Source: an uncultured Myxococcia bacterium (GTDB lineage: Bacteria; Myxococcota_A; UBA9042; PHBI01). Taken from it: DNA of 64,000 nt. The notes below the pieces were generated by a model, which saw only the letters and a program-made list of their open reading frames with translations, made no database searches and was not told the origin of the DNA. Made by a program: the position numbers and the translations under genes. The stretch covers positions 8,030,532 through 8,094,531 of the forward strand of contig OW818691.1 of NCBI GenBank assembly GCA_942493285.1. Reading direction: 5' to 3'. Positions 49,443 through 60,595 of the stretch are shown piece by piece. Position 1 is the first letter of the stretch. Every line of letters starts with the position of its first letter.

Positions 49443-50558
49443 ATGAATCCTTGGTTTTCAAGTATCTCGCTTTCCATGATTCTTGGTCTTCTTCCCTTCG
49501 CGGCCTGCGACGACTCCGGGTCCGAACCCGCGAACGCCGACTGCCCGACCGAGGAAGGGCCTTTCACGCTCGACCAGTCGCGCATCTCCGGCTCGGTCGA
49601 GTACGACCCTCCCGACGAGCCGCTCGGCCGGGGCGACTCCCTCATCATTACAGGGACGGCCTTCCACGAAGACGGGCTCGCCATCCGTGAGGTGCGGGTG
49701 GCCGGTGCGCTCGCGACGCGCGACGCCTTCAACTTCGGCCGCTGGACCGCTACCGTCACCTACGAGGCGATCGTCTCAGCCGCACCGACCACGTCGCAGG
49801 GGCAGGTCCCGCTCGAGGCCGTCGCCGTCGACGCCTGCGGAGTCCGCTACCCGTTCACCACCTTCGTCGTGCCAGTCGACCCGACCCCGGACATCGACGT
49901 CGCGACGCTCACCGTCTCCATCGAGTACCCGCAGGAGCTCACCTTCATCGCCGCCAACGGCACGGCTCCGGCCATCATCAAGATCACCGGCACCGGCCGC
50001 GCCGTGGGCGCCGTCGTGAGCGTGCAGGTCGACAGTGGTGAGCTGCGCGGCCTCGACGAGGCGGGGCAGGTGGTCCTCGCAGGGGCCTCCGGCCAGCTCG
50101 AAAACGGTTCCGCCAGCCTCCTCTATTACGGCAACGCGGGCGGCACCGCGACCATCGTCGCGACCGTCGAGGACAAGCTCGCCGTGGGTCTCGTCCGGGT
50201 CGCAGCGGCGCCATCCCTGGCACCTCGCACGGCGACCCTCACGCCCGGCAGCTCGATGTCCATCGAGGTCTCTGGTGAGGGCGAGGTGACGTGTTCGGCC
50301 AGCGGGTCATCGGAGCTGGCGATCACGTGGGCCGAGGTGACCATCGACACCGAGCCGACTCTCATCGAGCCAGCCGAGGGTGGCGGCCGGGAGCTCCTCG
50401 CGACCGCGACCCTCGAGCCGACCGTCGACGAATCCGAGGTCGTCATGACCTGCACGGACGCCTTCGGCCAGACCGGCACCGGACGCTACCGGCTCGTCGC
50501 CGACCCGAGCGCCGCCGAGCCCGAGCCCGAGCCCGATCCCACGGAAGAGGTGCCCTGA
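49443..50558 (+). CDS. Lipoprotein with Ig-like (Big-type) beta domains, hypothetical
   Basis: Signal/lipobox MNPWFSSISLSMILGLLPFAAC. Repeated about 90-aa beta-rich units. Confidence 0.5.
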   Translation: MNPWFSSISLSMILGLLPFAACDDSGSEPANADCPTEEGPFTLDQSRISGSVEYDPPDEPLGRGDSLIITGTAFHEDGLAIREVRVAGALATRDAFNFGRWTATVTYEAIVSAAPTTSQGQVPLEAVAVDACGVRYPFTTFVVPVDPTPDIDVATLTVSIEYPQELTFIAANGTAPAIIKITGTGRAVGAVVSVQVDSGELRGLDEAGQVVLAGASGQLENGSASLLYYGNAGGTATIVATVEDKLAVGLVRVAAAPSLAPRTATLTPGSSMSIEVSGEGEVTCSASGSSELAITWAEVTIDTEPTLIEPAEGGGRELLATATLEPTVDESEVVMTCTDAFGQTGTGRYRLVADPSAAEPEPEPDPTEEVP

Positions 50559-50559
50559 C

Positions 50560-52395
50560 ATGCGGCCCGCGCGTCTCGCGACCACTGCCCTTCGCGCCCT
50601 TTGCGCCCTTTTCGCCCTTTGCGCCCTCGCAGCCGCGACCCTCATCGTCTTCGGCTTCACCGCGGACGCCCGCGCGAGCTGCGAGCACGTCAAGGGCGCC
50701 CCGGTCGCCGACGCGGACCACCCCTCGACCGAGCTCGTCGCCGGGGTCTGGCAGCGTGTCTTCAACGTCTTCGGAGCGCTCACCGGGCGCGCCACCTCAC
50801 TCGTCGTCCTGGCCGACTCAGCGCGCCTCCCCGACGGCAAACCGTTTGGCCCCAGCGCCTTCATCTGCCCGGCCCCAGTTGGCGAGACGCCCATCATCTA
50901 TGTGACCTGGCCGCTCATCGTGCGCGCCCAGAGCGACGCCCTCTACGACGTCGACTTCATCGCGCTCGTCGTCGGCCACGAGCTCGGCCACCGCGTCCGC
51001 GACCTCACCTTCGAAGGCCAACGCCAGACGGCCGAGGGCGGCCCCGAGATCGAAGGCCGCGCCGACCTGCACGGCGCCTTCTTCGCCGCGCTCGCGGGCT
51101 ACTCCACACGCCGCCTTGCTTGTGATTCGGCACTCGACACCTTTCTGGATGTCGAGGCCCACGTCGGTGAGCCCGCCCGCGCCAAGCGCCGCGAAAAGCT
51201 CGCCGAAGCGCTGCGCGCGTTCGACGTCTACGAGTCGCTCTACGAGGTCTCGACGGGCCTTCTCTTCGGCGACGTCCCACTCGCAAGAAAGCTGACCTCC
51301 TGGGTCGACAAACACCTCGCGCGCCGCCTCGAGCCCATCCCCGAGTTCAAGGTCCTGCAAGCCCTGGCGCTGCTCGCCGACATCGCCCCGACCTCGCCCG
51401 CCAGCCGCCTCATCACCATCGACGGCTATGCGTCCGCGGCGCACCTGAAGTGCACGGTCGTCTTCCCACAACACACCGCCTTCTTCGACGACCTGCTCGC
51501 CCAGGCCAACGCGCCCGACAAGCTCGTGGTCCGCGACGGCACGACCGAGATCCGCACCGCCATCGGGCTGTTACGCGAAGCCGAGCGCCTCGGTGCCAGC
51601 CCGCTCGCCGTCCGCTCCGCGCTCGCATGTGCCGAAGCCCATCTCGGCGATACCACCAAAGCCAAAGCCGAGCTGGACCAGGCCCGCAAGTTCGCCGCCG
51701 GCCGCCACCCGGCTGTGCTCGCGGCCCTCGACGCCAACGCCGCCTTCATCGACTGGGTCGGCTGGATGGCCGCCCATCCGGCCCCTGCCAAGGCAGCCTC
51801 CGAGGCCGACAAGAAGGCCTGGGCCAAGCTCGCCGCCGGCCAGGCTTCGACGGTTGAGAACCACCGCGCGTTGACCTCCTGGGTCGCCGGTCTCGCGACC
51901 TTCCCGAAGCTCCCGACCGCCGACAAGCCGGCACCCATGACCTGTAACGTGAAGCCGGCCGCGACGACTCCGGCGTCGGGCTGGGCCCGTTTCCCGACCC
52001 CACCCAAACGCCCCTCGGGCGTGGCCGGCGGGTGCCCCTGTGGCTGGCTCGAGCTCCACTTCCTCGACGACGACATGAGCCGGTCGGACCCCAATGACGG
52101 CGTTCGCACGTGTGTGCCGGCAGGGTGGGGCGCGGGCCTGCGTTGGGTCGACATGCGGCTGCCCATGGGCGGAGTTGATCTCACGACCGTCCTCATTGAA
52201 GGTGGCGACGCCTTCACCGGGTCGCTCGGCAACCTCGAGCGCTGGCACAAGACCTGCGACTCCCTCACCCACGAAGGCACATCCGACCGCGGGCTCACGA
52301 CCTGGCGCGGCGTGTGCCCAGCGCTCAACGCCCAGAGCGTCGTCCTCTTCGCCGACGACTGCCAGGTGCGCAAAGCGCTCGTCCGCGTGCAATGA
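50560..52395 (+). CDS. Secreted protein with HExxH motif (putative metallopeptidase-like), hypothetical
   Basis: Signal peptide (ALCALFALCALAAATLIVF). VGHELGHRV zincin-like motif. The rest is unrecognised. Confidence 0.5.
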   Translation: MRPARLATTALRALCALFALCALAAATLIVFGFTADARASCEHVKGAPVADADHPSTELVAGVWQRVFNVFGALTGRATSLVVLADSARLPDGKPFGPSAFICPAPVGETPIIYVTWPLIVRAQSDALYDVDFIALVVGHELGHRVRDLTFEGQRQTAEGGPEIEGRADLHGAFFAALAGYSTRRLACDSALDTFLDVEAHVGEPARAKRREKLAEALRAFDVYESLYEVSTGLLFGDVPLARKLTSWVDKHLARRLEPIPEFKVLQALALLADIAPTSPASRLITIDGYASAAHLKCTVVFPQHTAFFDDLLAQANAPDKLVVRDGTTEIRTAIGLLREAERLGASPLAVRSALACAEAHLGDTTKAKAELDQARKFAAGRHPAVLAALDANAAFIDWVGWMAAHPAPAKAASEADKKAWAKLAAGQASTVENHRALTSWVAGLATFPKLPTADKPAPMTCNVKPAATTPASGWARFPTPPKRPSGVAGGCPCGWLELHFLDDDMSRSDPNDGVRTCVPAGWGAGLRWVDMRLPMGGVDLTTVLIEGGDAFTGSLGNLERWHKTCDSLTHEGTSDRGLTTWRGVCPALNAQSVVLFADDCQVRKALVRVQ

Positions 52396-53258
52396 CCTCA
52401 CGCGGCACGGTCGTCTGCCTTCACGGCTTCCCTGACGGGCCGGCAACCTTCGACCCACTGCGCGAGCTCCTCGAGCGCGACGGATACGATGTCGTTACGC
52501 CCTACCTGCCGGGCCACCACCCGACGACCACCCACACCTTCGCGAGCCGCCGCCGCCAAGAAGGCACCCTGCTCGCGGCCGCCAACCAGCTCGCGCAGGA
52601 CCATCTCGCCCCACACCAGCGCGGCTCCGCGCCCATCCACCTCATCGGTCACGACTGGGGCGCCATCCTCGGCTTCGTCCTTGCCTCTCGATTTTCGAGA
52701 TACTTGACAACCTACACATCGCTCGCGATCCCGCCGCTCGTCGACCCACTCGGTGGCATCGCCCGTCACCCCGCAGCCATCCTCCGGTTCGACTATATCG
52801 CCGCCTTCCAGCTGCCATACCTCGGCGAGCGCCTCCTGACCTCGCGCCCGCTCCTGGACCGCCTCGCCCATCGCTGGTCGCCCACCCTCACGCTCCCGCG
52901 CACACTCACCGACGACGTCGACGCCCGTTACGCCGACCCGTCCGTCCGTCGCGAGGTCCTGGCCTATTACCGCGCGCTCTTCTCCCCGCGTGAGCTGACC
53001 GCCACCTGGCGACTGCTCGCCGCACCCCCAACCGTCCCGACCCTCGTCCTACACGGCGACAGAGACGGCTGTCTTCCCGCCGAGGCCTTTCCGACCGCAC
53101 TCGCCGCCGCCCGTCGCCGCACGACGACCTCACTGTCGCTCACGACCCTCCCCGGCATCGGCCACTTCCCCCAACTCGAAGCCCCCGCCGCGGTGCATCT
53201 CGCCTGGCGCACACACGTCGCCGCCGCTGCCTGCCCCGCCGCATCGCCGCCCACCTGA
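52392..53258 (+). CDS. Alpha/beta-hydrolase fold protein (epoxide hydrolase/haloalkane dehalogenase-like)
   Basis: VVCLHGFPDG (HGxP oxyanion), nucleophile elbow IGHDWGA (GxDxG), C-terminal LVLHGDRDG...GHFPQ. ATGA overlap with the upstream stop. Confidence 0.75.
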   Translation: MTSRGTVVCLHGFPDGPATFDPLRELLERDGYDVVTPYLPGHHPTTTHTFASRRRQEGTLLAAANQLAQDHLAPHQRGSAPIHLIGHDWGAILGFVLASRFSRYLTTYTSLAIPPLVDPLGGIARHPAAILRFDYIAAFQLPYLGERLLTSRPLLDRLAHRWSPTLTLPRTLTDDVDARYADPSVRREVLAYYRALFSPRELTATWRLLAAPPTVPTLVLHGDRDGCLPAEAFPTALAAARRRTTTSLSLTTLPGIGHFPQLEAPAAVHLAWRTHVAAAACPAASPPT

Positions 53259-53309
53259 TCGAGGTCGCGACTCTACCCAACCGTCGCGACAAGGCCCCGA
53301 GCCCCGCTC

Positions 53310-54665
53310 TCACCCAAGCCGCAGAGCCGTCGCATAGAACCCGTCCATCCCTTGCAGATGGGGGGCCGTGCGAAGCGAGAACCCGTCCTCGCTGGCGATC
53401 CCTTCGACCTTCGACTTGCCGAGGATCTCTTTGACGGAGATCCGGCTCAGCCGCGGCTCGAATGCCATGAGCTTCTCAATGACCTCTTCGTTCTCGGCCG
53501 CTAGGATCGTGCACGTCGCATAGACCAGCCGCCCGCCTTCCTTCAGCAGCGGCAGCGCCCGTTTCGCGATCCGCAGCTGCAGCTCGGGCAGCGCATCGAC
53601 ATAACTCTCGCTCATGCGCCATCGCGCCTCGGGGCTTCGCCGCATCGAACCGACACCCGAACACGGCGCGTCGACCAATACCCGGTCGGCCTTTCCAATC
53701 AGCGACTTCGCCTCGGACGGCAGGTCCCCTTCCGGGTCGATCGTCATCCAACGATGGCTTGTGACACCCGCCCGCCGCGCGCGCCGCGACAGCTCTTCGA
53801 GCTTGTGCTTCGCCATGTCCATGGCGACGAGCCGCCCCTTGTTCCGCATCAGTGCGCCAAGCGCCAACGTCTTGCCACCGGCCCCGGCGCACACGTCGAC
53901 CACCAACCCATGGACCGGCGGCGCCGTCAGCTCCGCGACCAACTGGCTCGCCTCGTCCTGCACCTCGAACAGACCATCGCGGAACTCCGGCAGCCCGAAT
54001 ACGTTCACACGAGCGTTCAGGGTGATCCCGTCGGTCGCCCACCTGGTCGCATTTGGCGCGAGCCCGTGCGGCGCGGTCGGCGAGGGTTCTCCCAGACGCT
54101 GAATCAGGTCCTCACGGTTTGTCTTGATACGATTCGCCCGGATCGTCAGCGGTGCGCGCGCATTGATCGAAGTCGCGAAGGCCGCCCCGTCCAACCCCGG
54201 CTCTTCGATGAGCCGACGCGCCAACCAGTTCGGCAACGAGTGTTCGAGCCCGAAACGCTCGACCGGATCCTCGATCAGCGCCATCGCCTCGCGTGTCCCC
54301 GCGACCGCGACCCAGTCCACATCGCGTCGCTCACCCGCCGCCTCGTCAGCAGTCAGCCCCTCGAAGACCACCCGATAAGCCAGCAGCTCGAGCAGTGCCC
54401 GCTCACGCGGCATCTCACGCCCGGGGTTCGACTCGTAGCTCGCGACCCCTCCGCGCAAAAGCGCCCAGTCGATGGCCCGCGCCTGCCGCACCATCGCGTA
54501 GAGCGTCTCGGCGACGATGCGTCGCTCGGCCGAGTGCAGCTTCTTGTTGGCGCGAAACGACTGCGACAGGCGCTCGCTCACGAAGCGCCAGTCAGCGCGG
54601 CTCATCGCCCACAGGTCCAGCAGGGTCTCTCGGATACGGGCTTCAGCGGGGCGGAACTCGGCCAT
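53310..54665 (-). CDS. rsmB: 16S rRNA (cytosine967-C5)-methyltransferase RsmB/Sun family
   Basis: N-terminal NusB-like domain. Methyltransferase core DVCAGAGGKT, DAPCSG (catalytic Cys), TCT (second Cys). Confidence 0.85.
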   Translation of the reverse strand: MAEFRPAEARIRETLLDLWAMSRADWRFVSERLSQSFRANKKLHSAERRIVAETLYAMVRQARAIDWALLRGGVASYESNPGREMPRERALLELLAYRVVFEGLTADEAAGERRDVDWVAVAGTREAMALIEDPVERFGLEHSLPNWLARRLIEEPGLDGAAFATSINARAPLTIRANRIKTNREDLIQRLGEPSPTAPHGLAPNATRWATDGITLNARVNVFGLPEFRDGLFEVQDEASQLVAELTAPPVHGLVVDVCAGAGGKTLALGALMRNKGRLVAMDMAKHKLEELSRRARRAGVTSHRWMTIDPEGDLPSEAKSLIGKADRVLVDAPCSGVGSMRRSPEARWRMSESYVDALPELQLRIAKRALPLLKEGGRLVYATCTILAAENEEVIEKLMAFEPRLSRISVKEILGKSKVEGIASEDGFSLRTAPHLQGMDGFYATALRLG

Positions 54666-54736
54666 GGCGGCGCCTTAGCAGGCTCGCCGCGTTCCGGCCA
54701 CACCTTCCCGCCATCGCCCGCCACCGACCCTCGGCC

Positions 54737-55783
54737 TCAGCTCGTCTGCTGCCTCGCCGCCTTGCGCCGCGCCCGGTACTTCGCGATGCCGGGCCACGCC
54801 AGGACCCCGATGGCGGCCACCACGACGAGCGCTCCGACCAGCTCGTAGCTGCTCGGACCCTCCCGCCCCTGGAAGACCATGAGCAGCAGCGTCGAGAAGA
54901 GCCCGGCCAGCACGCTCGAGGCCCGATTGACCGGCACCGTGTACGCGTTCTCGTGCGGCTCGAGCAGGATGAGCGCCCCGAAGATGCCGGTCCCCTGTGA
55001 GCACACACCGATCAAGAGCAGCAGCAACACCAGCATCGGGTCTTCCCAGACCCCGACGAACCCATAGGCCAGCTCACTGCCGAACTTGTTGTCCGCCACG
55101 GACGCGATGAGGGCCAGCACCACGAGCGCCATCGGTGTCCCGACCATCTGCTCCTCGACGAAGTAGGCGATGTCGTCCTCGCGGCTGCCCTTCTTGGCGA
55201 GCTTGGTCATCGCCATCAGCCGGAAGAAATAGGCGAGCAGATACAGCAAGATATCGATGGCCGCGACGATCGTCAGCTGCGAGCCGCCCTTCTCCGCGAA
55301 GCCGATGACGAGCGCCAGCAGCGCAAGGCCGGAGCCGGTCCAGGACCACCACGGAATCGAACTGAACTTGCGCCCCGTCGCGCGATCCACGACGGGCCCA
55401 ATCAGCAGCAGGCCGCCACGCATGAGCAGCATGGCGAAGATGATGGAGATGCCCTCGAACGTGTAGGCGAGCGTCGTGGTGGTCACGATGGCGGCCGTCG
55501 ACAAGCCGGACAAGAACGTCGCGAGCCGCGGAATCGGCACCGACAGGCTGCCGAGCTGCACATGGTGCGCGTACTTCCACCACCCCTTGACCGAGATGAA
55601 GATGAACATGCCGATGACCGACGCGAGGGTCGCCAGCGGCAGCATCGACGCGCCCGCCACCGGCTCGTGGTCCGCGAACCCGCTGCTGATCTGCTTGGTC
55701 AGGTAGGTGTAGGGGACGTACGAGGCGAAGTAGCCAAAGGCGAACCACCAGATACGATTGGGACGACCGGGGTGAGGGTCCAT
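54737..55783 (-). CDS. Integral membrane protein (about 10 TM; DMT/EamA-like or related), function unknown
   Basis: Hydrophobicity pattern with two similar halves; no diagnostic motif. Confidence 0.5.
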   Translation of the reverse strand: MDPHPGRPNRIWWFAFGYFASYVPYTYLTKQISSGFADHEPVAGASMLPLATLASVIGMFIFISVKGWWKYAHHVQLGSLSVPIPRLATFLSGLSTAAIVTTTTLAYTFEGISIIFAMLLMRGGLLLIGPVVDRATGRKFSSIPWWSWTGSGLALLALVIGFAEKGGSQLTIVAAIDILLYLLAYFFRLMAMTKLAKKGSREDDIAYFVEEQMVGTPMALVVLALIASVADNKFGSELAYGFVGVWEDPMLVLLLLLIGVCSQGTGIFGALILLEPHENAYTVPVNRASSVLAGLFSTLLLMVFQGREGPSSYELVGALVVVAAIGVLAWPGIAKYRARRKAARQQTS

Positions 55784-56011
55784 GCGTGCAGCGTCTCACC
55801 GACGCCCGGTTGTCACAACTGCGTTGCGGCCGCGCGAAGCTGGCGTGCCATCGGCTCGAAGTCCGAGGATCGGTCGCTCCATCACCTGGCGGTGCGCTAT
55901 CGCCCACCCTGTGTGTTTTACCACACGACTTGGTGTAGGATGGAGCTTCTCACAAGGGGGCCGACATCGTCCGGCCCCTTGAAAATGCTCGCCTGGCGGC
56001 ACAGCGCCGTT

Positions 56012-56027
56012 TGGCACGCATGCTGCT
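56012..56027 (+). promoter_or_regulatory. Candidate sigma-54 promoter (TGGCAC-N5-CTGCT), about 60 bp upstream of usp
   Basis: GG and GC dinucleotides at the correct -24/-12 spacing; the downstream operon encodes a sigma-54 EBP. Confidence 0.3.
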
Positions 56028-56086
56028 AATTCACGCCTTTTGAATAGCGGCCTCTTCGAAATCCGCAGACCACCCGAGAGGACCCC

Positions 56087-56553
56087 ATGCCCCGCAAATG
56101 GATTGTTGCCTTCGACTTCTCCGACGAATCCCGCCTCGCCCTCGAACGCGCCGCGACTCAGCTCTCGGCCCTCGGGGGTGACGAGGTCATCGTCGCCCAC
56201 ATCCACCGCCCGGTCTCGACCGGCTTCGGGGTCGAGTTTGCGGCCTTGTCCCCCGCCTTCCAGAACGTCGACCAGACCATCACCGAGAGCGCCGAGAAGA
56301 AGCTGGACGAAGAGCTCGCCGCCTTCCGCGTGCGCTTCCCGAAGGTGGCCTTCCGCGCCGTCATCGAGAGCGGCTATCCCCCTGACCATCTGGTGGACAT
56401 CGCCTCACGCGAAGACGTCGACCAGATCGTCATCGGCAGCCACGGGCGCAAAGGCCTCCAGCGTTTCTTCCTCGGCTCGGTCGCCGAACGGGTGCTCCGC
56501 TCGGCCGACCGCCCCGTCCTCATCGTCAAGAACACCCCGGGTGAGAACCAGTC

Positions 56554-56557
<4 letters not shown>
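56087..56557 (+). CDS. Universal stress protein (UspA family)
   Basis: About 156 aa; ATP-binding G-x2-G-x9-G(S/T) motif GSHGRKGLQRFFLGSVAERV. Confidence 0.8.
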
Positions 56558-57999
<1,442 letters not shown>

Positions 58000-58142
58000 A
58001 GGCTGGCACACGCAACGTCGGGCGGCCGCCCCCGCGCCAGGGGCGGGAGGCTCGCCCGAACGATCCGATCTGTCTCCATACGTTCTTGCTGCTCTGGGTC
58101 GAGACGCGTGGAGACTTCGCAACGCTACCTTTCAGCGGAGGC

Positions 58143-59249
58143 CTACTTCGGCAGGACCATCGTGAAGCGTGTCTCACCCTTCTGCGACGACACGTGCAGG
58201 CGGCCGTGATGCGCGTCGACGGCCTGCTTGACCACAGCGAGCCCAAGGCCCGTGCCCTTGATCTTGGTCGTGAAGAACGGCTTGAAGAGCTGCTCCTCCG
58301 AACCTTCGGGCAGGCCTGGTCCATCGTCTACGACGGCGATTGCCACCTCGCGGGGACCAGAGTTGATCTCGACCCGCACGTGTCCGATGACCTCGTCGTC
58401 CCGGATCTCATGGGGCTGGCGGGAACCCATGATGGCCTGCGCTGCGTTCATGACCAGGTTCAGCAGCGCTCGCCCCAGCAGCTCTGGGTCCGCCTCGATC
58501 GCGAGGTCCGGCCCCTCGATGTCGAACGACAGACCCTGGTGGTGCGGGGTGTCGCGAAAGAACATCGAGGCCTGCTCGACGATGTCGCGCACACTGCACA
58601 AACGGATGGCAGGGGGCCTCGGGCGGGCAAAGTCCAGGAGCCCCGAGAGCACTTCATCGAGGCCCTTCACCCGGGCGATGACGTCACGCAGGATCTGCAC
58701 CTCACGGCTCTCTTGTGGAAGGCGTGAGGCGATGACCTGGATGGCACCCGAGATGCCGGCCAGTGGGTTTCGCACCTCGTGCGCGATGACAGCCGCCATC
58801 TGTCCCAGCTGCGCCATGGTCTCCTTCGTGCGCAGGAGAGCTTCGACCCGCTTCTTCTCGGTGATGTCGTTGCGGATGGCCAGGTACTGCTCGGGCTTCC
58901 CGCTGGGTGTGAGCAGCGGGACGATGGTGGTGTCGACCCAGTAGACCGAGCCGTCCTTGGCGACGTTACGCAGCTCGCCGCGCCACACCCGCCCGTGCGC
59001 GATGGTCCGCCACAGGTCGCGGATGGTGTCCTTCGCGTGGTAGCCCGAGTTCAGGATCCGATGGTCCTGACCGATGAGTTCTTCGCGCGGGTATTTGCTG
59101 ATTTCGCAGAACTTATCGTTCGCGTAGGTAATCTTGCCGGACACGTCCGTCATGGCGACGATGCTCGACTGGTCGAGTGCGTATCGCAGCCGCTCCAGTA
59201 GCGCCTCGCTCCGCTCGAGAGCCTCCGTGGTCATGCGCAGGATCGTCAT
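58143..59249 (-). CDS. Cytoplasmic PAS-domain sensor histidine kinase
   Basis: PAS fold (IVAMTDVSGKITYANDKFCEI...). H-box IAHEVRNPL, N-box LLNLVMNAAQA, G1 DDGPGL, G2 GTGLGLAV. Convergent with the NtrC-family regulator gene. Confidence 0.85.
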   Translation of the reverse strand: MTILRMTTEALERSEALLERLRYALDQSSIVAMTDVSGKITYANDKFCEISKYPREELIGQDHRILNSGYHAKDTIRDLWRTIAHGRVWRGELRNVAKDGSVYWVDTTIVPLLTPSGKPEQYLAIRNDITEKKRVEALLRTKETMAQLGQMAAVIAHEVRNPLAGISGAIQVIASRLPQESREVQILRDVIARVKGLDEVLSGLLDFARPRPPAIRLCSVRDIVEQASMFFRDTPHHQGLSFDIEGPDLAIEADPELLGRALLNLVMNAAQAIMGSRQPHEIRDDEVIGHVRVEINSGPREVAIAVVDDGPGLPEGSEEQLFKPFFTTKIKGTGLGLAVVKQAVDAHHGRLHVSSQKGETRFTMVLPK

Positions 59250-59374
59250 TGCCCTTCCCTCTCATCTGCCGCGAGAGCGCGGTATCAAGCTAACGCTCCA
59301 TGAGATGTCAAGGGAAGCTCGTGTCGCTTCGTCACCACGGCGTGGCAACTCCCATCGTGAGCCCGGCCCCGCCC

Positions 59375-60115
59375 CTATTTGAGGAAGAGGTACGCCCCGA
59401 AGCCGAGCTCGTAGCGGCCCCACTTGAGGTAGGCGTCGCGCCACTTCCGACTGCGTTCGCGAATGGCCGCAGCGAACGGGTCGCCTGGATTGCCTCGCAG
59501 CCAACGCTCGACCGACCATGTGGTCTGGCTCTCGTAATGGTCGATCTCGTCGCGGGTCGCGGTGGTCATGTACATGGGGGTGAAGTCCTCCTTCACCCCG
59601 AGCGCGACGATCTGGTCGTGGGTCGCGTAGGTGTCTTCCCCGCACCCGAGGAACTCGAGGTAGTCGGGCTCGACCTCCTCATCGTTCCAATGCCACTCTC
59701 CGATCAACAGTTGCCCGCCCGTTCGAACCATGGCCCAGGCGCGCGCGAAGGTCTCGCGCAGGTCACCGAAGGGGCGCGAGCCGCAGCACACGATGAGGTC
59801 GTAGGTCTCGGGCTCGATGTCGAGCTCGTAGGCTTCACACTCGAGCAGCTTGGCGCGTTCGCCTTCGAGGCGCCCGGCGATCTCGGCCCGCATCGCCGCC
59901 TGGAAGAGCGGGGATGGTTCGATGGCGTCGCCGCTGCAGCCATAGCGCTCGAGGATACGGATGAAGAGCTCGCCTTTGCCCGCGGCCAGGTCGAGCACCT
60001 TGGCATCGGGTCCGAGCCCCAGATTGTCGATCAGGTAGTCGAGCTTCGGGCGCGACAGGGGGCAGAGGACCTCGTGCTCGGCATGGGCGATACTGTCGTA
60101 TTTGTACGCGTACAT
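59375..60115 (-). CDS. Class I SAM-dependent methyltransferase
   Basis: Motif I VLDLAAGKGEL, acidic GDAIE, motif II/III DLIVCCGS...GGQLLI. Start chosen at MYAYKY. Confidence 0.7.
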   Translation of the reverse strand: MYAYKYDSIAHAEHEVLCPLSRPKLDYLIDNLGLGPDAKVLDLAAGKGELFIRILERYGCSGDAIEPSPLFQAAMRAEIAGRLEGERAKLLECEAYELDIEPETYDLIVCCGSRPFGDLRETFARAWAMVRTGGQLLIGEWHWNDEEVEPDYLEFLGCGEDTYATHDQIVALGVKEDFTPMYMTTATRDEIDHYESQTTWSVERWLRGNPGDPFAAAIRERSRKWRDAYLKWGRYELGFGAYLFLK

Positions 60116-60184
60116 GAGCTGCCGGGGCTTCGGGAAGCGTCCGGACGATGGCACCGATCTCCATCGCTGTCGACAAAGCCGCAC

Positions 60185-60595
60185 AACGTCACGCCACTAG
60201 TGCCTTGACCGCGGCAGGATGACTCATGCCTCGCCGCCGTTCTGCGAACGTCGGGCGCTTCGCGCGTCCCGGCTCTAGCCCGATTGGACAGGGGGGGCAC
60301 CCCCTTCGACCCCCACGCCGCTTCGCGTCGCCCTGGCGCTTCGACCGGATCGAAGCGCTCCGGTCGAAGCACTAGTGCCTCGGCGCCACCATCTTGATTC
60401 GTCTATCACCGCGTCGAGGCACCAGGCTCGCCAAGGGCGGGCGGGGCTTGGGGCGCAGCCCCAATCCGATCGTCTAGTCCGCGGCTCGCCGAAGGCGACC
60501 GGCGCGAAGCGACGGGCAGACGTAGGTCACTACGTCTGCGCCGCAGCACTAGTCGCTTTCCTTACTGGGCGGTTTTCGTTATTCCCCCACGCGCC
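60185..60595. other. Structured 410-bp divergent intergenic region with three copies of the palindrome GCACTAGTGC(C) (60193-60204, 60368-60380, 60543-60556) and an 8-bp-stem hairpin (60517-60538)
   Basis: Direct reading of the sequence. ACTAGT contains the generally avoided CTAG tetranucleotide. No ORF or tRNA-like features. Confidence 0.5.

Noticed and set aside
52243-52258. TGGCAC-N5-CTGCG match inside the 3' end of the gene at 50560..52395
   Set aside because: It lies in coding sequence with a weak -12 region. Single sigma-54-like matches inside genes are expected by chance in a 64-kb GC-rich window.
60185-60595. Possible tRNA, tmRNA or other structured RNA gene in the 410-bp intergenic region
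   Set aside because: There is no T-loop (GTTCRANYC) or acceptor-stem pattern and no cloverleaf. The region is better described as palindrome or operator-bearing DNA.
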